From Seison nebaliae (taxonomy: Eukaryota), in the NCBI GenBank assembly GCA_023231475.1, contig JALJEE010001448.1, forward strand, positions 1 to 45,857: a stretch of DNA of 45,857 nt, in the 5' to 3' direction. The translations under genes were made by a program, and so were the position numbers. The notes beneath the pieces are model-generated. The model was given only the letters and a program-made list of their open reading frames with translations, was not told where the DNA came from and searched no databases. Below are positions 1 through 9,280 of the stretch, piece after piece (the stretch's first letter is position 1; each line of letters begins with the position of its first letter).

Positions 1-917
1 GCATATTGCATCGGTTGTGGAGCTGGTGCGGCATATTGAACTGGAGCAGGAGCAGCATATTGAACTGGAGCTGGTATGGGAGGCGGTATGGGAGGTATGG
101 GAGGCGGTATGGGAGGTATGGGAGGTATGGGAGGTATGGGAGGTATGGGAGGAGGAATGGGTGGAATGGGAGGAGGAATGGGTGGAATGGGCGGCGGAGG
201 ATGTTGCCCACCACCAATGCCAGCACCACAACAATGTTGCCCATGTCCACCACCAATGCCACCACCATTGCCACCACCACAACAATGTTGTCCATGTCCA
301 CCACCAATGCCACCACCAATGCCACCACCGATGCCAATGGCACCTCCACCTCCACCACCACCACCGATGCAAGCGCAAGGATCACCTCCTCCCATACCGC
401 CTCCCATTCCTCCCATACCACTCATTCCTCCCATTCCTCCCATACCGCCTCCACCGCCTCCTAATGAACTACAACATGGCATTCCTCCTCCCATTCCTCC
501 TCCCATTCCTCCTAATCCTCCTCCGAGGCCGCCCATTCCTCCTCCGAGGCCACCCATGCCTCCTCCACATCCTCCGCCTCCCATTCCTCCCATTCCTCCC
601 ATACCACTCATTCCTCCCATTCCTCCCATACCTCCTCCATAACCACCTAAGCCACCGCCTCCGGATGGCATAGCACGTACTGGGTACATCAATTCCATCC
701 CTACTGGTTGATAACCTCCCATACCCATTCCTGGCATACCGCCCATTCCTGGCATACCGCCCATCATACCTGGCATACCCATGCCTCCCATTCCCATCAT
801 GCCTGGCATTCCTCCTCCCATCATTCCTGGCATTCCGCCGCCCATTCCACCCATGATTCGGTTCATAAATGGGTTGAGCGTACTCGATATTGGTCGCGAT
901 GATGATGAGCCACCCAT
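1..917 (-). CDS. Gly/Met-rich, QYAAPAP-repeat low-complexity protein, paralogue 1 (3'-truncated by window edge; contains apparent internal inversion ~75-384)
   Basis: ATG at 917-915 reads MGGSSSSRPISSTLNPFMNRIMGG and stays open to the window edge, so it is absent from the ORF track. It shares the motifs GGYQPVGMELMYPVRA and PVQYAAPAPQPMQ with the 1290-2246 ORF. Confidence 0.8.
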   Translation of the reverse strand, partial: MGGSSSSRPISSTLNPFMNRIMGGMGGGMPGMMGGGMPGMMGMGGMGMPGMMGGMPGMGGMPGMGMGGYQPVGMELMYPVRAMPSGGGGLGGYGGGMGGMGGMSGMGGMGGMGGGGCGGGMGGLGGGMGGLGGGLGGMGGGMGGGMPCCSSLGGGGGGMGGMGGMSGMGGMGGGMGGGDPCACIGGGGGGGGAIGIGGGIGGGIGGGHGQHCCGGGNGGGIGGGHGQHCCGAGIGGGQHPPPPIPPIPPPIPPIPPPIPPIPPIPPIPPIPPPIPPIPPPIPAPVQYAAPAPVQYAAPAPQPMQY

Positions 918-1289
918 GTTATAGATATATTATAAATATTCTATTGATAATAATATTATTGAATTAATAATTTATTTAAATATTTCAATAATTAAAATGA
1001 TACAATAATTGAAAGATAATGAAAAGATGATGAAGTCAATTGACAACATTTCTAGGAAAGTGATAGAAGCTTTAAAAAATTAAGAATTCTAAGGATTAAG
1101 AGAAGCTGTGCATCTACAACTATAATAAAAGGTAATTATTCGTTTCTTGTAAAATTCCAAAACTTAACGAGATGTCACCGGATTCTTCTCTAATCACCGA
1201 AACTATTCTTTAGTAATATGCAGCAAATAAAAACTAGTTCTAAAGTTTATCAACAATTTTCTATGGTTATTTCTCTCCTTCTTTTCCCG

Positions 1290-2246
1290 TTACGCTTGTT
1301 GACAGTTACATCTAAGGTTTATTGATCTCCTTCCTCCTGATGAACCACCGCTATATCCTCCTCCATAACCGCCACCATATCCTCCACTTGATGCCACTGG
1401 TTGTGCTACTGACATAGTTGGCATCTGAGATAATCTAATTGCTTGAGGAGCTGGTGCAGCATATTGCATTGGTGCTGGTGCTGCATACTGCATTGGAGGT
1501 GGGGCTGGTGCCGCATATTGCATCGGTGGTGGAGCTGGTGCAGCATATTGCATTGGTGGTGGAGCTGGGGCAGCGTATTGCATCGGTGGGGGAGCTGGTG
1601 CGGCATATTGCATCGGTGGGGGAGCTGGTGCAGCATATTGCATCGGTTGTGGAGCTGGTGCGGCATATTGAACTGGAGCAGGAGCAGCATATTGAACTGG
1701 AGCTGGAGCAGCATATCGGATTGCTGGTGGAGCGGGCATTGGATAACCACCTCCACGAGCACCACCATAACCACCAGCACCGCCGCCTCCTCCACAACAA
1801 CATTGTGGTTGTGGTCGTTGACAACCACCACATCCACCACCCATTGATGGCATAGCCATACCACCCATACCTCCCATACCTCCCATACCTCCCATTCCTC
1901 CCATTCCCATACCTCTCATGCAACCTCCACCTTGAGCTCGCACTGGATACATGAGTTCCATACCAACAGGTTGGTATCCTCCCATACCACCCATACCTGG
2001 CATTCCCATACCACCCATACCTGGCATTCCCATGCCACCCATACCACCCATACCAGGCATCATTCCTGGCATCATTCCTGGCATTCCCATTCCTCCCATA
2101 CCGCCCATCATTGGCATACCATATCCACCCATGCCCATACCCATTGGTGGTCGCATGCCTCCCATGCCACCCATACCTCCCATCACTTGGCTGAGGAAGG
2201 GGTTGAGAGTACTGGTAATTGGTCTAGAAGAACTTGATCCACCCAT
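1290..2246 (-). CDS. Gly/Met-rich, (QYAAPAPPPM)n low-complexity protein, paralogue 2 (318 aa)
   Basis: Complete ORF: MGGSSSS start, GGM/GMPG repeats, Cys cluster, Pro/Ala decapeptide repeats, ending ...RCNCQQA. The paralogue conserves the unique peptides while synonymous positions differ, which supports coding. Confidence 0.85.
   Translation of the reverse strand: MGGSSSSRPITSTLNPFLSQVMGGMGGMGGMRPPMGMGMGGYGMPMMGGMGGMGMPGMMPGMMPGMGGMGGMGMPGMGGMGMPGMGGMGGYQPVGMELMYPVRAQGGGCMRGMGMGGMGGMGGMGGMGGMAMPSMGGGCGGCQRPQPQCCCGGGGGAGGYGGARGGGYPMPAPPAIRYAAPAPVQYAAPAPVQYAAPAPQPMQYAAPAPPPMQYAAPAPPPMQYAAPAPPPMQYAAPAPPPMQYAAPAPPPMQYAAPAPMQYAAPAPQAIRLSQMPTMSVAQPVASSGGYGGGYGGGYSGGSSGGRRSINLRCNCQQA
1441..1715 (-). 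repeat. Coding tandem repeat, ~30-bp unit (24-bp variants), encoding MQYAAPAPPP
   Basis: Repeated GCATATTGCATCGGTGGKGGAGCTGGTGC-type units are visible on the + strand. Confidence 0.9.
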
Positions 2247-2328
2247 GATGTATAATTGATGATATTACTGAAAAAATCTCTAAAATAACTTATGGAACGA
2301 ATAAATAATATTTTTTTCCAGCGACTCG

Positions 2329-3472
2329 TCGCAACAATTCTACCAGTTACATGATTGTTTCCACCGTTTCCTTTCAACCTCCTTCATATAAGCATCCTCC
2401 TATCCCTCATAATTCTAATTATTAGACTATATGAATGTCCAAGATTATTCTATTAAGAATCTCTGACAATACCCGTTGAAACATTCCATGTGCGAAAGAA
2501 TATAAGTGAAGAATTACATATTTTTGCGATTGAAAGAACTTTTCAATAATTCACAATTAAGAAAACGATAAAAATGTAAATGATAAACTATATTACATTT
2601 GCTCGAAGTTTAAATATGAGATGGTTAGATGATATCTCACAATTTGACAATTGTATCGAACGACATTGGATGGGTTTAATTCGAGCAAATTTCTACGCTT
2701 ATCTTAAGTTCGGTCACGACAATACGAACTTTCAACTACTCAGTTCAAGGTACTTTGCGCATTTATCGATAAATTCGCGTATTCTTCTCGTTCGTCATTT
2801 AAGCATCCTTCGCCTACAATGAACGCTGCAACGCACATTAATGTAACAATCGCGATAAAATTGAAATCAACATTTGGTATGTTGAAAGAAAAGAAATTTT
2901 TTTTGAATATCTCTCGTTCATTCAACTCTTCTTATCAATTGATCAAATCTCTTCCTTTTTATTTTCACATATTTATTGCATACATCTTTCACCATTCTCT
3001 TACTTACGGCGTTCACCACATTCAATTTCATTTTTCTTACGAGATACGTAAGCACAATTTCGATCGTTTCCTTAATCCAACTTCGAAAATGATGAGTTGA
3101 TGTGTTCGATTGTCATTTTTGATATTTTCTAATGCGCTTATTTGCCCTCATTTCACGTTGAAGTCACAATTGAAAATTTCACATCGATCGAGAAGATCGA
3201 TGGTTGTGAAGTTGGATGGTTGTTCCTATTTACGGCAGTGTATCATTCGCCTACTTTCGAATTGAAGCTAATTGTCTTGATGAAACAATCACGGTTATCT
3301 CATTCATTGTTTCTCGACCTACTTTCCTCCTCAATTCTCTACTTCTTCTCCTCAACATTTCAATCATTTACTATCTGCATTTTTTTCTTTATATTTACTT
3401 TCTTCTCTATTTCTTTCTACTCTTACTCGATATCTGGTGGAAACAATCATGTAACTGGTAGAATAGTTGCGA
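2329..3472. mobile_element. ~1.14-kb segment bounded by 37-bp inverted repeats (putative non-autonomous DNA transposon)
   Basis: 2329-2365 TCGCAACAATTCTACCAGTTACATGATTGTTTCCACC is the reverse complement of 3436-3472, with one mismatch. No transposase ORF inside and no clear target-site duplication. Confidence 0.45.
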
Positions 3473-5007
3473 GACAATCACCAAAACATTTTTGATGAAA
3501 TTATTTCTTTATCGGTCAATTGTCTTTCCCCATCCGACAAGAGAAGCATTTATAGAAGTCACTATAAATTTTGAGACAATTCCCATTAAATTAAGTTTGA
3601 GAATTGGAGAAAGATCATTCGTTCGATGTTGGATGAGAGAGAGAAAGAGGGATGAAATGATCATTCGATAAATCTCTGACGGAAAAGTTAGAGGATTTAC
3701 GAATTAAATCATTGAAATGAAAAATGAAAAATCATCGTAACATTAAAATCTTATGATTTCCAATCGTCTTAATAGATCAATTTATAAAAAGGAAATTTAT
3801 CTATTCGCTATCTCCGAATAACTTGCTCTCTCAGTTACTCTAGGACCAACACATATCCCAATCCGACTAACACCTTTCGTTGAAGTGAATTGAAAACATT
3901 TATCGCAGATTCGCCGTACTACGTCATCGAACGTTTAATGACGGCTATTAATAATTATGAAGCGAACGGAAAAATAATAGGCCAGTTGGGAAAGTAGTGA
4001 CAGCAAAACAGTTATTGAGATAGGATAGATTGGAGATAGGATACTAAATTAAAAGATAACGATTTTTACAAAGAAACAACAAGACGAAGACGAAGAAGAA
4101 GAAGAAGATGATGATGATGATGATGAAATTGAATGAAAATGAAATTTTCCTTTAGTCGTTGGAGAAAGTTTGGTTGTCGCACTTTATATAATGCTGGTTG
4201 GAAGGTGATGGTAATGGTGATGATGGTGATGATGATGAGAATTCAATATGAATTATTTATCATTTACCATCGGTAGTAGAAATCCGATGGAGATAACGTA
4301 TGAAGACGAATCTTTGTAGCAACGAGTTCACTCTCTTTCGATTAGAGAAATTTATTTAATACGATCTAATTGATGAGATAGAATTTAGTTATTTCTATTT
4401 TTGACCTTTGTCATATTACTCCTCTCACACCGTACTTTGCTGAATAAGAAGTTATTGCAACATCCTAATAGTAACATCGATCAAATCTCTAACGATTTTT
4501 TCTTCCTATTTTCTCATCAACTACCATCATGAGATTTAAGACGAAAAAAAGTAAATTACTAATCAGATTGTGATATCTTCAACTTGAAATTAAGCAAATC
4601 AAATAACTTTTCAGTTTTCAATGGCAAATGAAGATGTCGATTAAGATGAAATCGTAATATACATTTCTAATTGTTCATGTTAACTTTGAGATGATTTGAC
4701 TTTATCAATTGCTTCATCAACTTGATAACGTCAAACGCATAAAATTGGCGCTTCTGTAATAAGTAATTTATCGATGTTCATTTACAATCGATGTAAGAAA
4801 TTCATTGAAAATTTTACGATTTTAGACATTATTCAGACGTTCAACATGACTTTCCGAATAAAATTATCGACATTTATTAAGTTTAGTTTTAATTTGAATA
4901 ATTTCTCATATTGTTACTATCAATTTTTAATGGTCAAATTGTAATTTTATTGTGTTTCTCCATATCTATATAAATGACAAATCGAAATTGGAGTTAATTG
5001 AATAAGA

Positions 5008-5798
5008 ATGTTCTCCTTCAATTTAATTTCATTACGTTCTTTCTCTCTTTCAACTACAACATTCCTCATTTTAATTTTAATAAATTATCACGAATGTGGA
5101 ATATCCGACTGGTTCACGAAAGTCTTCACAGGAACATCTGCAACTGAGCGTGCACTCAAAGCTTCCGAGAAACAGAATATGGACGACTTAAATAAACTTT
5201 CATTGTACACGAAAAAATTAAAGAACTTCCAAAGGTTTCCTTCCCAGCCACAAATTAAAAATATTTCTGATTTGTATTGAAGTGAAGCGACTGAAAAGAT
5301 CAGTCAAGAATTGCAACAAATAAGTTTGGATGAAATAGAAAAGAAGAATTTGGACATTCTTATTCATTCAGCGAAGCATATTGTACGAACTTATAGTCTC
5401 ACTGCTAATTCAGCAATTTTAGAAGTTTGATTTTAAGAGTCATTGAACTGAAAGTTGAACTAACAAGTTGTCACGTGTGTCTTCGTCGTCATTGGAATTA
5501 TTGGTTGGATTATTTCTTGAGGAGACTGGAAGCATATTGGAGCAGATGTTTCCAAATAATCGACATATTGGAAAGGAACAGAAAAGATTTGAAAGACGAT
5601 TGAACCGTCTACATGAGTAGCCTTTTTCCTTATTTCTCAATGAAAATTAATCGCAAAATCATTGATTCATTCATAATTCACATTGGTAGATATCTGAGTA
5701 TGCAGACGAAGAGGCAGCGCGTAATTCCTAAAAGGCTTCTTAAATCTATAGAGGAACATGAAGAAAAAGTGAAACAATTTAGAAGTAGGAAGCACTAA
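5008..5798 (+). CDS. Orphan putatively secreted helical protein, 4 exons, 208 aa
   Basis: Exons 5008-5234, 5283-5424, 5468-5616 and 5690-5798 join through GT..AG introns (48, 43, 73 nt) into one stop-free 627-nt frame. Hydrophobic N-terminal stretch TTTFLILILINY. No family recognised. Confidence 0.65.
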
Positions 5799-6542
5799 AT
5801 ATCTTTTTTATTCAAATAAGTCATATAGTTCTTGAACTAATTTACTGAAGCTGTTAATCTTATTTATTTATCTTTCCACATTCATTTCAAAAAGAAAGAA
5901 ACGAATGTGCATATAATGTTTCTGTCACATTAACGAATTATAAAATATGAATGTTATTTCCTTTTCGACGTAAAATTAAAATGTATTCTACAGATAATCC
6001 TTATTATTCTTTTAACTTAATCATCAAACCAATCTGGGCATTACTCACCTGTAAAAAAAGGAGATGTCTCGAATTCCCTTCTGTCAACCTCTTTCCTCTT
6101 TTCAACTCAAATTTTTTTTCCATTAATTTTTTGTTTTGATATCAAAATTTTATTTCCAAATTAACGAATAATTAATCGCTGATCAATATTCGATTAATTA
6201 GGTTAATCTTTAATCAAAATAACCAATAATCGGACTAATAAGAAACACCTAGAAATTGTTATTATTAAGACAAATAATTCTTTTCATCCACTTGATTTCT
6301 TCTGGAATAAATAATGATTGATGAATGAAGTTATTTGCACAATTCCACAATGGAAATCAAGTAGATAGATAAACTCTATGAATATAAATGATCTCTCTCT
6401 TTTCCCCTTCTTTTCACTTCTTCTTTCACTTCATTCACCGACCTCTTCCAACCTCCACTCTGTCTCCAATGAGCCAACGATATTTGATAAACGGAGCAGT
6501 TGGTGTGTGCAAATTCTTTTGTCAGAACGACAATTTGGTAAG

Positions 6543-7164
6543 CGGTCGTTTAGCACACGGACATTTCGTATTTAAACCTATCACTTTCAATTGTAGAAAA
6601 TTTGTTTTTCGACTTAAGTTTTCCTATCGTCTATTCAATATTAGTTGTTGTTGTAATTTCTCTAATAATGAAGTGAGTTCTTTATATTATTTAATTATTT
6701 AGTCAAAAATTTTAAATTTTATAGTAAATAAATGAAAAGACGATAATTGTTTAAATAACTTAATGTAAAGAAAATAAACATCTTCATTCTTGAAAAATAA
6801 TTAATCCTAACAGAATATTCTTATAAAATGTAATTCTAACAACCTTTTGAGAAGGTAGTTTTTCAAACAATATTCCATCGTAATTTCCATTTTCTTATCA
6901 ATATATTGTTATGAATTGATTAGTATGAATGAATAAGAAAAACTGAGTTTTTATTTTGTTCAATAACTTTCGCTAGTCAGAAATGCATTTAGTGATAAAT
7001 TTCTAATCAACGAACAAAATCAGTTTCCTAACTTAGCCTGATTCTAACTGCAGAAATTATTTTCCACATAATTCCTATACATTCTTTGAAATAAATCAGT
7101 GTCTTCCTGTCATTCATGTAATTCGAATGTGTCAGATACTAAATGTCCATCTACGAAATGCCCG
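6543..7164. repeat. Degenerate inverted pair of 15-bp-period arrays (possible old foldback/MITE-like element)
   Basis: 6543-6573 matches the reverse complement of 7134-7164 at 23/31 positions. Both are built from GG(A/G)CATTT(C/A)GTA-like units. Confidence 0.35.
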
Positions 7165-9280
7165 TTTGGCGAAAACAGTTGTAGGAGGAAAAGGAACATT
7201 TATTAAAACACCTTGACTGTTTTCCAATTAGGTGAAAATAATGATTTATTGAATTGGATGCTCAAATTCATGCATCGAAGTCTTGTTTAGCTGCTAAGGA
7301 TTATATGAGAGGTAGAGATTTGATAATTAAGCAATTTCACAGTAAGAATGGTCACATCTAATACAGCTAATTTCACATAAATGTGAAATGGGATAAGAAT
7401 GATAAGAATTGAACATGGTAGTCGTCGGTTTTATGATGATAATGTACCGATGCGAATAAGGGCAGATTGAAAATAAACAATAATCATGAGCTACAACTTA
7501 ATAACTGAACAATGAAAGTTCAAAGGATAAGGATTACGTGTTCCATTAATACGAAATAATAAATTAATATTCAACTTTCTCGTTTTCGATATTGTGGGGG
7601 ATATGGATTCGAATTCATTTATGAAGAAACATTTCACTTTCTCTCATGGTCGTTAGTGGGAATCAGATAAAGTCATAATTCTCTTCATAATACTAATCTA
7701 TTACATCTGGATCAATCCTTACGGAAATGGATATTTCTTTTTAATTGTTCGATAACATACATATTCATCGTGTAAAGTTATTTATTTGTATGTCGATATG
7801 CGTATCTCTACTCTCATCTTTAGTCAGTTATCCAGTCAGTTAGTTCGATCAGTTTGTGATTGTTTTAAGATAAAATGCACTATCCGAAGGGAACCACTTC
7901 TTTTCGAAAATGGAGTGAATTGGAGTTGTGATGAATTGCTTCATTGTAGTTAACTTAATATTCTATCTTATTCTCATTTTCCGCCTTCATTTCCATGATA
8001 AACTAAAGATTTCTATGGGTTATCTTCTCCAACCCCCCCATCCCCAATACGTAGACATTGACTTGATGTGTAGTTATTTTGTTTATTTATTGATATATAA
8101 TAACTCAAGTAGAATATGATGAATAAAAAATAGATAAGTAATTTTACTCATTGAATAGAAATAATGAACTGCTTCTAATTTTTACAGGAAGTTATAAGTA
8201 CAATAAATTATTTTATTCTTCAATATTCCTCAGGAAATTGTGTGGAGAAATTGGAGAAGATTTCTTCCTTCAAAATTCGCAAATTTCAAATTCCTTCTCA
8301 CCCGCCAAATGAGCATCGTTCCTCACTAATTTAAATTTCACATCCCTATTACAGAGATGGAGGACTAGTGAATCTATTTCACCTAGATGCCAATTCGATG
8401 TACAGATTCCAATAATTTGTGACATTTGATGAATTGTTCATTAATTGGGAAAAATCATCACTTTCATGTTTCTCCTCTGATATTTCGTCTAATTTCGGAA
8501 CATAACAATTATTGTGAAGGCTACTGTTGAACTAAATTGAATTTCCTACTTTTTTCCTTGCCATTAATTGAACTTGTTGAAGAAAAATAAAGAATTTGGA
8601 TGAGTTAGGCCTTCCTCATCCATACGGGTTAAATGGAAATTCATTCTCGTTCTAGTCAGTGTTGTTTTCGTAATTCATTTTCCTCCTCCCAATGCAACCT
8701 GCAATCAGTAAATGGAAAAATAAAAGTTTTTTCGTTCCATCATTAAACTACCGAGAATAACATTACAAATGTTTAACTTGATTTCTTTCTGCACTGCTGT
8801 TCCTCTTTTGGATGAAAAGAAACTCAGCGATTAATTTTAACGGATACTTAACGAATAATTGATGTTATTTTACTAGTTTTGTTTTATTGGAGGAATTTGT
8901 TGCAGTGGCAGGTTGCATCATGATTATATTATTCTTATTATTACTTCATCAAACATTGATCTACAATTCTATTATTATTGGACATATTTATTTTCTAATA
9001 AAAAAAAGTTTCCTCCATTATTCTTCTTGACAAATCGACTAGTTAGAATTAAATGATGGAATACAAAAGAAGGAATTAGATAATGTTCATTTTCCTCACA
9101 TGGTCCAATAAAACAACTTTTATTAATTTATTCTTTCATCCACTAAATGACAGATTGTGTTATTTATGTAAGTCAACTTTCACTCCCCGATATTTGACAC
9201 AGATTTATCTCAGTTAAATGATAGATTACTGATCGTCATCGACCCTTATTTTCCATCACACAATTCCTTATGTGTCTCAT

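Noticed and set aside
1441..1715. Regular ~30-bp repeats resembling a CRISPR array
   Set aside because: Tandem coding repeats with no unique spacers and no cas genes, in a eukaryotic context.
6..2259. Many overlapping ORFs on both strands (e.g. 6-464, 17-673, 1406-1864, 1439-1855, 1951-2259)
   Set aside because: Shadow frames of stop-poor Gly/Pro repeats. Only the 76-384 plus-strand reading is informative, and it is treated as an inversion.
4080..4240. GAA/GAT/GGT trinucleotide runs suggesting an acidic or His-rich exon
   Set aside because: No sustained open frame or family motif; treated as simple repeats.
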